DNA from: an uncultured Gemmatimonadales bacterium
GTDB lineage: Bacteria > Gemmatimonadota > Gemmatimonadetes > Gemmatimonadales > GWC2-71-9
DNA length: 64,000 nucleotides
Reading direction: 5' to 3'
Assembly: GCA_963821385.1 (NCBI GenBank)
Contig: CAWGDK010000003.1
Coordinates: 74,699-138,698 of the forward strand
Position 1 is the first letter of the stretch. Each line of letters begins with the position of its first letter. Made by a program: the position numbers and the translations under genes. Shown one piece after another: positions 53,181-64,000 of this stretch. A model generated the notes under the pieces. The model made no database searches and was not told the origin of the DNA. It saw only the letters and a program-made list of their open reading frames with translations.

Positions 53181-53647
53181 TTACCACCGGTAATGTGCGA
53201 AAGCCCGATTGGCCTCCGCCATCCGGTGCGTGTCTTCCTTCTTCTTAATGGACTCGCCCTCGCCCTTCGAGGCGAGGATCAACTCGGCCGCGAGCCGTTC
53301 CGACATGTCCTTCTCGCGCCGCGCGCGGGTGTACGAAATGATCCACCGCATCGCCAACGCGGTGCGCCGCTCCGGCCGGACTTCGACCGGCACCTGATAG
53401 GTGGCGCCGCCGACGCGTCGGGACTTCACTTCCAGGGACGGCTTGGCATTCGACAGCGCCTGCTTGAACACGTTGACACCAGGCTGCCCAGTCCGCTGCT
53501 CGATCATGTCCATCGCCGAGTAGAACACGCGCTCCGCCAGCGACTTCTTGCCCCGCTCCATCAGGTTGTTGACGAACTTGGAGACGGTCTGGCTGTCGTA
53601 GCGCGGGTCGGGCGGCACCGGCCGCTTGACCGCCTTCTTGCGACGGC

Positions 53648-53651
<4 letters not shown>
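53181..53651 (-). CDS. rpsG: 30S ribosomal protein S7
   Basis: [27 protein letters not shown]. Confidence 0.98.
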
Positions 53652-54031
<380 letters not shown>

Positions 54032-54074
54032 ACCCCTCGAAGCCCGGGCCAAAAAAGTTGCGAAACAGACTTCA

Positions 54075-54104
54075 AAGCTAAGCGGTGACTTCGATTTAGG
54101 TCAA
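54075..54104 (-). promoter_or_regulatory. Sigma70-type promoter of the str operon
   Basis: TTGACC-18 nt-TAGCTT, ending 43 nt upstream of the rpsL ATG. Confidence 0.6.
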
Positions 54105-54210
54105 CCCCCACGGAACCAGGTTCGGGACCTGTCCGGCGTACCCTCCCGCCCCTTCCGTCGACCCGGGCAGGCCGTAAAATGGCAGCCTCTCCCCATCCCC
54201 GAGCGCGCAC

Positions 54211-56878
54211 ATGTCCAGCTGGGTTCGACCGCTCTTCGCCGCCGCCCTCGCCGCCGTCTTGACCGCCTGCGCCAGTGGGGCCGCCAAGCCCGCGACCACT
54301 CCCACCGCCGTGGCCGATACGGGCAAGAAAGACCTCCCCTGGAAGCCCTGGGCGGAAGTCATCAAGGACGCCCAGCAGGTCCAGGGCCTGTTTACCGCCT
54401 ACTTGAAGCGGGACAACGTCTACCTGGACTTGAAGCCCGAGCAGTTCGATCACGATTTCCTGCTCGTCACGGAGCTGGCCCAGGGACTCGGCGACTTCGG
54501 CCTCGATGGCGGGACCGATATGCGCTCCGATCTGGTCCGGTTCCACCGCACCCCGACCAAGGTCGAGTTGTGGATCGTCAATCCGTACCTCACGGCCACG
54601 CCCGGGACGCCGATGGCCCGGACCGTCGCCTACTCGTTCGGCAGCTCGTTGGCCTACGCCTTCCCCATCGCGAGCGTGCGCGATTCGACCAATGAGGTCC
54701 TGGTCGACCTGGCGCCGTTCCTCGTGTCCGACTGGGCGGATGTGGGGGGATTCTTCGACTTCGTCGTGCAGGCGCTCAACATTCACGGCGGCGTGTCACT
54801 GGATCGCGAACGCTCGGCATTCCAGAGCCTGCGCATGTTCCCCACCAACCTCGAAGCCGAGGCGCGCGTCAGCTTCCTCGCCTCCAAGCCGTTGGGCATC
54901 CAGACGGTCCCCGATTACCGCTACCTCCCGCTGACCGTGCACTATTCGCTGGTCGAGCTGCCCGCCACGCCAATGCGGCCCCGCTACGCCGACGACCGGG
55001 TGGGCTACTTCATCTCGGCGATGATGAACCTCTCGCGCGACACGGCCAGCTCGTTCTTCGTCCGCTACGTGAACCGCTGGCGGCTCGAGAAGACAAGACC
55101 CGGCCGCCGCCGTCAGCGATCCCGTCCGCCCGATCACTTACTACCTCGATCGCACCATCCCGCTCGAATGGCGGCCCTATGTGCGGGCCGGCATCCTCGA
55201 GTGGAACCGGGCGTTCGAGGAAGCGGGGATCCGCAACGCGATTCAGGTCCTGGACGCCCCGGATGACACGCTGTGGAGCGCCGAGGATGCGCGCTACAGC
55301 ACCGTGCGATGGATGGGCAACTTCGGATCGATCTACGCCGTCGGGCAATCCGACGCCGACCCGAGAACCGGCGAGATCCTCAATGCCGACATCCTGGTGT
55401 CGGCCGAATGGATCCAGGCGTGGCAGGGGGAATACCGCGAGTACTCGGGACCCGACGCCATGACCCGCGCCGTGTTCCGCGAGGACTCGCTGTTGCGCGC
55501 CGATCCGAGCGGCCGGTTCCAGCGCCAGTGCCGCTACGCGGCCGGGCTCACGCGCTATGGCACCCTGTTGCGCGCCACGCTGGCCGCGAGCGGGGCGATC
55601 CCGCCGGGAGCGCCGGTGCCGAAGGAGTACATCGGCCAGGCCTTGAAGGAGCTGGTGATGCACGAAGTGGGACACACGCTCGGGCTGCGGCACAATTTCC
55701 GGGGGACGTCGGCCATCACGGAAGGAGCGCTGGGGGACCGGCAGTACACCGCCACACACGGGACCTCGGCCTCGGTCATGGACTACAACCCGCCCGCCAT
55801 CGCGCTCGATCGCAACAAACAAGGTGACTACTACTCCACCACCATCGGGACCTACGATCGGTGGGCGATTCAGTACGGCTACGCCACCGTCGGCGGGGAG
55901 ACGCCGGACGCCGAGCGGCCGGGCCTGGCCCGCATCGCGGCCCAATCGGCGGACCCCGACCACGTCTACGGCAGCGACGAAGACGCCGGCTTCGCCGGGT
56001 TCGGCGCCGACCCCAATGTCACGCGCTACGACCAGACGTCCGACCCGATCGGGTGGGCCAAGGAGCAGGTGGCCCTGGTCAACCGCCTGTTCGATTCCCT
56101 GGAAACCCGGCTGGTCGCTCCGGGAGACGGGTATCCGCGGCTCCGGGCCGGGTTCACCGACCTCCTGTTTCAACGCTGGTTCGCCACCCTCGTGACGACG
56201 AAGTACCTGGCCGGCGTGTACACCGCCCGTGACCATCGTGGCGACCCCAATGCCCGTCCGGCCTTCACCCCCGTGCCCGCGGCCCGGCAACGCGAGGCGC
56301 TGGCGTTCATCGCCGAGGCCGGGCTGGGAGAGAACGCGTATCGATTCCGCCCCGATCTCCTGAACCGCCTGGCGCCTTCGCGGTGGTGGCATCGGGGCGC
56401 CAATCCCTTCAGCGAAGGCCGGATCGATTTTCCGTTGCACGATTGGGCGCTGGCGTTCCAGGGGACCCTGGTCGATCTGTTGCTCGACCCCGGGGTGCTC
56501 GCTCGCATTCGCGACAATGAGCTGCGCGCCGCGCCGGGAACGGCCGTAGTGACGATTCCTGACGTGCTGCGGACCATGACCAACACCATCTGGGCCGAAG
56601 CCGCGGCGGGACGAAACACGGGGTCGATCCGTCGCGATCTTCAGCGGCTCTATCTGGTGGATCTGTTGCGGATGGTGGTGAACCCCGACCTCGGCACGCC
56701 GGACGATGCCCGGACGGTCGCCCGCATGACGCTTGCGGACTTGAACGGCCGGCTCGGCCGGGCGCTCGCCTCGAGCCGGCTCGATGCCTACACACGAGCG
56801 CACTACGCCGATTCGCGCGCGAGAATCGAGCAGGCGCTGAGCGCGCAGGTGGTGGTGCCGGCCTCGCAAGTGCGCTGA
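54211..56878 (+). CDS. Zinc-dependent metalloprotease lipoprotein (DUF5117/DUF4953 met-zincin type), one apparent +1 indel near 55093
   Basis: Lipobox LTAC; RYADDRVGYF, RWRLEK | DP...PITYYLD, WNRAFEEAG, DPRTGEILNAD, HEVGHTLGLRHNF, SVMDY, YDRWAIQYGY. Confidence 0.9.
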
Positions 56879-56953
56879 CGACCCCCTGACGAGTAAGCCG
56901 GGAGATCAGCAGGGCTTGAGAAACACTTGAGGGCGCTGGATAGCATTCAGATC

Positions 56954-57322
56954 ATGAACGCCAGATCCTCGACTCTCGCGCTGCTGATCCTCGTGAGTCC
57001 GGTCTCCCAGGCCGGAGCGCAGCGACTCACGACCTTCGCCTCGACCCGCCCGGCGGCCTATCACCCCTCCCGGCTCTTTCCCGCGGCTCCGGATCATCGA
57101 TGGGAAGGCGTGGTGATCGGAGGGCTCGGGTTGGGCCTGTTCGGCCTCAGCGTCGCCAGCTCGTTCTGTGGCGACAGGGACAGCGGCCGATCGGGCGGCT
57201 GTCTGCTGCCCACCGTCGAGGGCTTTTTCATCGGCGCGACCATCGGCACCGTCGTGGGCGGCATCATCGGGGGCGCGATCCCCAAGCATCGAGCACCGGC
57301 CGACTCGAGCGCAGGTCCGTAG
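56954..57322 (+). CDS. Hypothetical exported protein with glycine-zipper-like hydrophobic segments
   Basis: Signal-peptide-like N-terminus (AGA-Q), GxxxG-rich segments flanking a Cys pair. Confidence 0.65.
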   Translation: MNARSSTLALLILVSPVSQAGAQRLTTFASTRPAAYHPSRLFPAAPDHRWEGVVIGGLGLGLFGLSVASSFCGDRDSGRSGGCLLPTVEGFFIGATIGTVVGGIIGGAIPKHRAPADSSAGP

Positions 57323-57336
57323 CCACCGCCGGCGGG

Positions 57337-57372
57337 AAAACACAGGCGCCCGGGATCGCTCCCGGGCGCCTG
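57337..57372 (-). terminator. Intrinsic terminator after rpoC
   Basis: Perfect 13-bp stem CAGGCGCCCGGGA / TCCCGGGCGCCTG with a 4-nt loop, followed by TGTTTT on the minus strand. Confidence 0.8.
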
Positions 57373-57392
57373 GCCCACCAACTGACTCACTA

Positions 57393-60300
57393 CTACTCGA
57401 CTTCGGCTTCTTCCGGCACCGGCACCGCACCCGGAGCGATCAGCTCCGGCGGCGGCTGCGGCGGCTCGAACCCTTCCGGCGGTTCGATCTCAATATCGTG
57501 GTAGCGGTAGATACCGCTCCCGGCCGGGATGAGATGCCCGATGATGATGTTCTCCTTCAGGCCCAGCAAATCGTCTCGGGCGCCGCGAATCGCGGCATCC
57601 GTGAGGACCCGGGTCGTCTCCTGGAACGACGCCGCCGAAATGAACGACTGCGTCGTGAGGCTCGCCTTCGTGATCCCCAGGAGCAACGGCTCGCTCGTCG
57701 CAGGCTTGCCGTCTTTCTTCCGGGCGCGCTCGTTGACTTCGCGGAAGTGGAGCTTGTCGACGTTCTCCCCTTCCAGGAACTCGGTATCGCCCGGATCGAC
57801 CGTCTTCACCTTCTGCAGCATCTGGCGCACGATCACGCCGATGTGCTTGTCGTTGATCTTCACACCCTGCAGCCGGTACACCTCCTGCACTTCGTTCAGG
57901 AGGTATTCCTGCACCGCCCGCGGTCCCTTGATCCGCAAGATGTCGTGCGGGTTCACGGGCCCCTCGGTGAGCCGGTCACCGGCGCGCACGCGGTCGCCCT
58001 CGTGCACGCGCAAGTGCTTGCCGGCGGGGACTTCATACAGCTGCGGTTCGCCCTCTTCGGGGTGCACGAAGATCTCGCGCTTGCCCCGCTTGATGTCGCC
58101 GAACCGCACCGTGCCGTCCACCTCGGAGATGGTGGCCGGATCCTTGGGCCGCCGGGCTTCGAACAGCTCGGCCACCCGCGGCAGGCCGCCCGTGATGTCG
58201 CGCGTCTTGTACGCCTCGCGACTCACTTTGGCGAGTACCTGGCCCGCGTAGACCTCCTGCCCGTCCTCCACCGTGAGCTGGGCGCCCTCGGGGATGACGA
58301 AATCGCGCAGGCGCTTCTCCTTCTCGCCCTTCTTCTGCACGACTTCGATGTGCGGGTGCAGCTTTTTGTCCCGGTCCTCGATGATGACGCGCTGACGCCG
58401 GCCGGTGATTTCGTCCAGCTCTTCCCGGACCGTTTCGTCTTCGACGATGTCGACGAACCGGATAATGCCCGGCACGTCGGTGAGAATCGGATTCGTGTAC
58501 GGGTCCCAGGTAAACAGGACGCCGTCCTTGGCCACTTTCTGGCCGTCGGCCACCATGATCGTGGCGCCGAGCGGCACGTGGAAGCGGGAGTGCACCGCGA
58601 GCTTGCCGGTGGCCCCTTCTTTGGGACCGTGCGCCGCGGCCTTCAACACCAGCTCCCCTTCGTAGCTGGTGACGATCTTCTGTTTCTCCGGCGTATCGAC
58701 GAACGCCAGCCGTTCGCCGTATTCGATCACGCCTTCGACTTTCGTCTTGCGCACCGTCTGCTCCGCAATGCGGGCCGCGGTGCCGCCAATGTGGAATGTG
58801 CGCAGGGTCAGCTGCGTCCCCGGTTCGCCGATGGATTGGGCCGCCAGGATGCCGACCGCTTCGCCCAGGTCCACCATGTCCATGGTGGCCAGGTTCCGAC
58901 CGTAGCACATGCGGCAGATGCCGCGCCGCGCCTCGCACGTCAGCACCGACCGGATCCGCACCGACTCGATGCCGGCGTCCTCGATCGCCTGTGACGTGTC
59001 TTCGTCGATCTGGCGGCCGGCCTCGACCAGGATCTTGGCCTGGCCATGCTCGTCCAGTTCATGCGGATCGGACACTTCCTCGAGCGCGACCATCCCCACC
59101 AGCCGCTCCCGCAACGGCTCGATGATGTCTTCGCCCTCCTTCAGGGCCGACATTTCGAGGCCGAGGATCGTGCCGCAATCCTCCTCGGTGACCGTGACGT
59201 CCTGCGCCACGTCCACCAGGCGGCGCGTGAGGTAGCCGGCGTCGGCTGTTTTCAGCGCCGTGTCCGCCAGACCCTTGCGCGCCCCGTGCGTCGAGATGAA
59301 GTACTCGAGCACCGACAGCCCTTCGCGGAAATTCGACTTGATCGGACTCTCGATGATCTCCCCGATGCCGCCGGTCAGCTTCTTCTGCGGTTTGGCCATC
59401 AGTCCGCGCATCCCGGCCAACTGCCGGATCTGGTCGCGGCTGCCGCGGCTGCCGGAATCGAACATCATGAACACCGGGTTGAAGCCGCCCTTGGACTTCC
59501 GCATCGTGGCGACCATCGCCTCGGCGATGTCGTTGTTGGCGTGGGTCCAGGCGTCGATCACCTTGTTGTAGCGCTCGCCGAAGGTGATCTGGCCGGTGGC
59601 GTAGGCGCGCTGGAACCGCTCGACGCGCGCTTCCGCATCGTGCAGCAACGCCGACTTCTCCGCCGGAATCTCCAGATCCTCGACCCCGATCGACACGCCA
59701 CCCATCGTCGCGTACCGGAACCCGAACTCCTTCAGGGCGTCCAGGAACTGCACCGTGGGGGACAATCCGGCCCGGCGGTAGCTCTCGAACACCAGCTCCG
59801 ACAGGTCGCGCTTGCGCATCGCCTTGTTCTGGAACCCGAGGTCGCGGCGCAGCATATCGGGCAGAATACTGTTGAAGATCACCCGGCCCGCCGTGGTGCT
59901 GATCCAGTGCGCCTCACCGGCGTCCACCGGCGGCACGTACCAGTAATGCACCGGGGTGTGGAACTCGAAGCGGGTGAGCCCCAACCCCATCTCCAGCTCC
60001 GCCATCGATCCGATGCGCGGCGCCTTCGCGAGCCGCGCCTCGAACTCGGCCGGTTCCTTGGTCAGGAAGTAGCACCCCAGCACCATGTCCTGGCTGGGCT
60101 CCGCCACCGGGCGACCGTCGGACGGCTTGAGCACGTTGTTGGAGGAAATCATCAGCAGCCGGCACTCGAGCTGACTCTCGAACGAGAGCGGCACGTGCAC
60201 GGCCATCTGGTCACCGTCGAAATCGGCGTTGAACGCCGCGCACACCAGTGGATGGATGCGGATCGCTTTGCCTTCCACCAGCACCGGCTCGAACGCCTGG

Positions 60301-61679
60301 ATTCCCAGGCGATGGAGTGTCGGGGCACGGTTCAACAGCACGGGATGGTCCTCGATAATCTCCTCGAGGATCTCGAACACCTCCGTGCTCTCCTTCTCCA
60401 CGATCTTCTTGGCCCGCTTGACCGTCTCGGCGATGCCCTTCTCCACCAGCTTGTGGATGATGAACGGCTTGAACAGCTCCACCGCCATCGCTTTGGGCAA
60501 CCCGCACTGGTGCAGGCGCAGCTCTGGGCCCACGACGATCACGGACCGGCCCGAATAGTCCACGCGCTTGCCGAGCAGGTTCTGCCGGAACCGGCCCTGC
60601 TTGCCCTTCAGCATGTCGGACAGCGACTTGAGCGGCCGTTTCCCACGTCCGCGAATCGCCTTGGAGCGGCGGCCGTTGTCGAACAGCGCGTCCACCGCTT
60701 CCTGCAGCATGCGCTTTTCGTTGCGCAGGATGACTTCCGGCGCCCGGTGCAGGATCAGCTTCTGCAGACGGTTGTTGCGGTTGATCACGCGCCGGTACAG
60801 GTCGTTGAGATCGGATGTGGCGAAGCGCCCGCCGTCCAGCGGCACCAGCGGCCGCAGGTCGGGCGGAATCACCGGCACCACGTCGAGGATCATCCACTGC
60901 GGGTTGTTGCGCGCTTCCCCCGCATTGCCCGAGTTGCGGAACGCATCGACGATCTTGAGCCGCTTCAGCATCTGCTTCTTGCGATGCTGGCTCGTCTCGG
61001 TCGCCACGACTTCCCGCAGCTGGTCGGACAGCTTGTCGACGTTGATACGCTCCAGCAGTAACCGTACGGCCGGCGCCCCGATCTCGGCCTTGAACGCGCC
61101 GTCCCCCTCGGCCTTGGCTTTGGCGCGCAGCTCCAGGTACCGGTCCTCGTCGAGCAGCTCCTTGTCTTCCACTTCCTGCTCGCCGGGATCGATCACGACG
61201 TAGTTCGTGTAGTAGATCACCCGCTCGAGGTCCCGCAGCGTCATGTCGAGCAGGTTGCCCATCGGCGACGGCAGCGTCTTGAAGAACCAAATGTGCGCCA
61301 CCGGCACCGCGAGCTCGATGTGACCCATGCGCTCGCGGCGCACCTTCGACAGCGTGACCTCGACGCCGCAGCGGTCGCAAATCACGCCGCGGTAGCGGAT
61401 GCGCTTGTACTTCCCGCAGTGGCATTCCCAGTCCTTCACCGGACCGAAAATGCGCTCGCAGAACAAGCCGTCCCGTTCGGGCTTGAAGGAGCGGTAGTTG
61501 ATGGTCTCGGGCTTGGTGACTTCTCCCCAGGACCACCACTGGCGCTGTCCCTGCAGCTCCAGGCGCTCGCGCTCCTTGGAATCCTTCGGACCCCGGATCT
61601 CCTCGGGTGAGGCGATCCGGATCTGGATGTAATCGAAGCTCGCGTTTTTCGGCTCGCGACCGCTCCGGAAATCGATCAT
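57393..61679 (-). CDS. rpoC: RNA polymerase beta' subunit
   Basis: [36 protein letters not shown]. Confidence 0.99.
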   Translation of the reverse strand: MIDFRSGREPKNASFDYIQIRIASPEEIRGPKDSKERERLELQGQRQWWSWGEVTKPETINYRSFKPERDGLFCERIFGPVKDWECHCGKYKRIRYRGVICDRCGVEVTLSKVRRERMGHIELAVPVAHIWFFKTLPSPMGNLLDMTLRDLERVIYYTNYVVIDPGEQEVEDKELLDEDRYLELRAKAKAEGDGAFKAEIGAPAVRLLLERINVDKLSDQLREVVATETSQHRKKQMLKRLKIVDAFRNSGNAGEARNNPQWMILDVVPVIPPDLRPLVPLDGGRFATSDLNDLYRRVINRNNRLQKLILHRAPEVILRNEKRMLQEAVDALFDNGRRSKAIRGRGKRPLKSLSDMLKGKQGRFRQNLLGKRVDYSGRSVIVVGPELRLHQCGLPKAMAVELFKPFIIHKLVEKGIAETVKRAKKIVEKESTEVFEILEEIIEDHPVLLNRAPTLHRLGIQAFEPVLVEGKAIRIHPLVCAAFNADFDGDQMAVHVPLSFESQLECRLLMISSNNVLKPSDGRPVAEPSQDMVLGCYFLTKEPAEFEARLAKAPRIGSMAELEMGLGLTRFEFHTPVHYWYVPPVDAGEAHWISTTAGRVIFNSILPDMLRRDLGFQNKAMRKRDLSELVFESYRRAGLSPTVQFLDALKEFGFRYATMGGVSIGVEDLEIPAEKSALLHDAEARVERFQRAYATGQITFGERYNKVIDAWTHANNDIAEAMVATMRKSKGGFNPVFMMFDSGSRGSRDQIRQLAGMRGLMAKPQKKLTGGIGEIIESPIKSNFREGLSVLEYFISTHGARKGLADTALKTADAGYLTRRLVDVAQDVTVTEEDCGTILGLEMSALKEGEDIIEPLRERLVGMVALEEVSDPHELDEHGQAKILVEAGRQIDEDTSQAIEDAGIESVRIRSVLTCEARRGICRMCYGRNLATMDMVDLGEAVGILAAQSIGEPGTQLTLRTFHIGGTAARIAEQTVRKTKVEGVIEYGERLAFVDTPEKQKIVTSYEGELVLKAAAHGPKEGATGKLAVHSRFHVPLGATIMVADGQKVAKDGVLFTWDPYTNPILTDVPGIIRFVDIVEDETVREELDEITGRRQRVIIEDRDKKLHPHIEVVQKKGEKEKRLRDFVIPEGAQLTVEDGQEVYAGQVLAKVSREAYKTRDITGGLPRVAELFEARRPKDPATISEVDGTVRFGDIKRGKREIFVHPEEGEPQLYEVPAGKHLRVHEGDRVRAGDRLTEGPVNPHDILRIKGPRAVQEYLLNEVQEVYRLQGVKINDKHIGVIVRQMLQKVKTVDPGDTEFLEGENVDKLHFREVNERARKKDGKPATSEPLLLGITKASLTTQSFISAASFQETTRVLTDAAIRGARDDLLGLKENIIIGHLIPAGSGIYRYHDIEIEPPEGFEPPQPPPELIAPGAVPVPEEAEVE

Positions 61680-61698
61680 CGGTGTGCTCCCTTTCCCC

Positions 61699-64000
61699 TT
61701 ACTCTTCGACGTCTTCGGTGGTGCCCAGAGTCACTCGGAGACCCAGGGCCTGCAGCTCCTTCACCAGCACGTTGAAGGATTCGGGGATGCCAGGTTTCGG
61801 CAGGTTCTGTCCCTTGACGATGGCTTCGTACACGCGGCTGCGACCGTTCACGTCGTCCGACTTGACGGTGAGGATCTCCTGCAGCGTGTGCGCCGCGCCG
61901 TACGCCTCGAGCGCCCAGACCTCCATCTCGCCGAACCGCTGCCCGCCGAACTGCGCCTTGCCGGCGAGCGGCTGCTGGGTCACGAGCGAGTAGGGCCCGA
62001 TCGACCGGGCGTGAATCTTGTCATCTACCAGGTGCGACAGCTTCATCATGTAGATCGCACCGACCGTGACGTCGGACGTGAAGTACTCGCCCGACCGGCC
62101 GTCACGCAGCCGGGCCTTGCCGGCCGGCGACAACCCGGCTGCGCGCAGCAGCTCGTGCACCGCCTGGTCCACATCCGCTTCCGACGCGGGTCCCAACATG
62201 CCGGCCAGGGCCGGCATGTTGGTGCTCACCAGCACTTCATTGGGCTTGTCGCGCTCGAGTAGTTTGTCGCTCTCCTTCATACCGGCCTTGAGCGCCGTCT
62301 TCTCGACCTTGCCGAGATCCTCGTGTGTCAGCCGGACCTCATGGAATTCCCGCTCGGCGCGGCGCTGCCCGAGCTCACGCTCGGCCAACTCCTTGGCCGC
62401 GAACTTGAGGAAGTCGACCAGCTTGTGGTACACCTCGCGCGTCTCGGCCGTGAGGGCCCGGGACCCCAGCGACGCGATCCCGGCGGTCGATACGTCGGGC
62501 CGGTCCCCGTTGGTGTGGGGCAAACGTCGCAGGTCGGACACGATGCGCCGCACCAGATCGGTATCGATCTCCGGCGGCCGCACCTGGAGCCGCAGCGCTT
62601 CCGCCGCCCAGGTCAGCCCGGACAACCGGAGCAGCACACCGATCTCCATCTCATCGGCGCCCTGGAACACCGGCGTCTTGGCGTCGAAGCCGAGGATGCG
62701 CGCCGCCCAGCCCAGATGCGTTTCCAGGATCTGGCCGACGTTCATCCGGGACGGGACGCCCAGCGGGTTGAGCACGATGTCCACCGGCGACCCGTCCGGC
62801 AGGAACGGCATATCCTCTTCCGGTACGATGCGGGCGATGATGCCCTTGTTCCCGTGCCGTCCGGCCATCTTGTCGCCCACGGAGATCTTCCGCTTCTCGG
62901 CGACGTACACCTTGACGAGCTGAATCACCCCGGGGGGCAGCTCGTCGGGCTGGAGGATCTTGTCGATCTGATCCTCTGATTTTTCCTCGATCTTGGCCCG
63001 CTCGCCGGAGGCCGCATCGAGAATGCCGCGCAGCCGCTCGTTCACGGGCTTCGCCGCCACACGCAACGTCTTCAAGTCGACGTCGGTGAAATCGATTTCC
63101 GCGAGCTGCGCCCGCGTCAGCTTGGTCCCAGCGGGGAGATACTCCTCCACCGTGCCGGCCTTCAGCATCAAGCCGACTTCCTGGTTGGCCAGGAGATCGT
63201 TCAGCTCGGCGGTCATCGCCTCCGAGATCCGCGCCTTCTCCTCGCCCTCGAGCCGGCGCACCTCCCCGATGCGCTCGCCGCGGTCCTTTTCGACCACCTG
63301 GTCCTCGATGCGCGAGAAAATCTTCACATCGATGACCACGCCCTCCATGCCCGGCGGCACCTTGAGCGAGGAGTCCTTCACGTCCTTGGCCTTCTCACCG
63401 AAAATCGCGGTGAGCAGTTTTTCTTCCGGGCTCAGCTCGGTCTCGCCCTTGGGCGTGATCTTCCCCACCAGGATGTCGCCCGCCTTCACGTGGGCGCCGA
63501 TGCGCACGATGCCCCGCTCGTCCAAATCGACCAGCGACTCCTCGGCAACATTCGGGATTTCCCGCGTGATCTCTTCGCGCCCGCGCTTGGTGTCGCGCAC
63601 GTGCAGCTCGAGCTCCTGAATGTGGATCGAGCTGTACACGTCGTCCTTCACCAGGCGCTCGGAGAGCACGATGGCGTCTTCGAAGTTGTGCCCGTACCAT
63701 GGCATGAACGCCACAATCACGTTGGCGCCCAATGCCAGCTCGCCGTGCTCGGTGCCGGCGCCGTCGGCGACGATCTGCCCGGCGCGGATCTTCTGCCCCA
63801 CCTGGACCAGCGGCCGCTGATTGATGGCCGTGTCCTGGTTGGTGCGCCAGAACTTCTTCAAGCGGAAGCGGTCGTGCTGCTTCAGCCGGGCGAGGGGGTT
63901 GTCCGTCGTCCGCCGGTCTTCCTCCCCGGTATCGATGATGATCTCGTCGGCGGTGACTCGCGTGACGGTGCCCGCGCGCCGCGCGATCACCACGGCACCC
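61699..64000 (-). CDS. rpoB: RNA polymerase beta subunit (5' part outside window)
   Basis: [39 protein letters not shown]. Confidence 0.99.
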   Translation of the reverse strand, partial: GAVVIARRAGTVTRVTADEIIIDTGEEDRRTTDNPLARLKQHDRFRLKKFWRTNQDTAINQRPLVQVGQKIRAGQIVADGAGTEHGELALGANVIVAFMPWYGHNFEDAIVLSERLVKDDVYSSIHIQELELHVRDTKRGREEITREIPNVAEESLVDLDERGIVRIGAHVKAGDILVGKITPKGETELSPEEKLLTAIFGEKAKDVKDSSLKVPPGMEGVVIDVKIFSRIEDQVVEKDRGERIGEVRRLEGEEKARISEAMTAELNDLLANQEVGLMLKAGTVEEYLPAGTKLTRAQLAEIDFTDVDLKTLRVAAKPVNERLRGILDAASGERAKIEEKSEDQIDKILQPDELPPGVIQLVKVYVAEKRKISVGDKMAGRHGNKGIIARIVPEEDMPFLPDGSPVDIVLNPLGVPSRMNVGQILETHLGWAARILGFDAKTPVFQGADEMEIGVLLRLSGLTWAAEALRLQVRPPEIDTDLVRRIVSDLRRLPHTNGDRPDVSTAGIASLGSRALTAETREVYHKLVDFLKFAAKELAERELGQRRAEREFHEVRLTHEDLGKVEKTALKAGMKESDKLLERDKPNEVLVSTNMPALAGMLGPASEADVDQAVHELLRAAGLSPAGKARLRDGRSGEYFTSDVTVGAIYMMKLSHLVDDKIHARSIGPYSLVTQQPLAGKAQFGGQRFGEMEVWALEAYGAAHTLQEILTVKSDDVNGRSRVYEAIVKGQNLPKPGIPESFNVLVKELQALGLRVTLGTTEDVEE

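Overview
High-GC bacterial chromosome window, most likely Gemmatimonadota (inferred from the EF-Tu switch-I variant [18 protein letters not shown] and overall gene content). The right half (37.5-64 kb, minus strand) is the core rpoB-rpoC / str / S10-spc cluster. It is interrupted between rpoC and rpsL by two divergent genes and ends abruptly after secY-adk-map. The middle (17-37 kb) holds housekeeping and hydrolase genes (glyQS, glxK, purA, trpS, suhB, ftcd, pilT-like, mgtC, several peptidases) and a translationally coupled cassette of small genes that includes a ubiquitin-like protein and a histone-deacetylase-family enzyme. The left part is dominated by one ~16.1 kb gene (~5,380 aa after repairing 6 indels): signal peptide, DUF3344-like head, 32 DUF11-type Ig domains (24 on a ~360-bp period, with a co-varying Lys/Asp/Asn isopeptide triad) and a very large C-terminal beta-barrel-like region. 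This is a candidate single-chain, self-anchoring giant surface filament. Eleven single-base indels, four of them in essential genes (rplB, rpsC, rplE), point to sequencing or assembly error. No tRNA, rRNA, CRISPR array or transposase was recognised. Several structured intergenic RNA candidates were found. All family assignments come from motif recognition by eye, not database searches.
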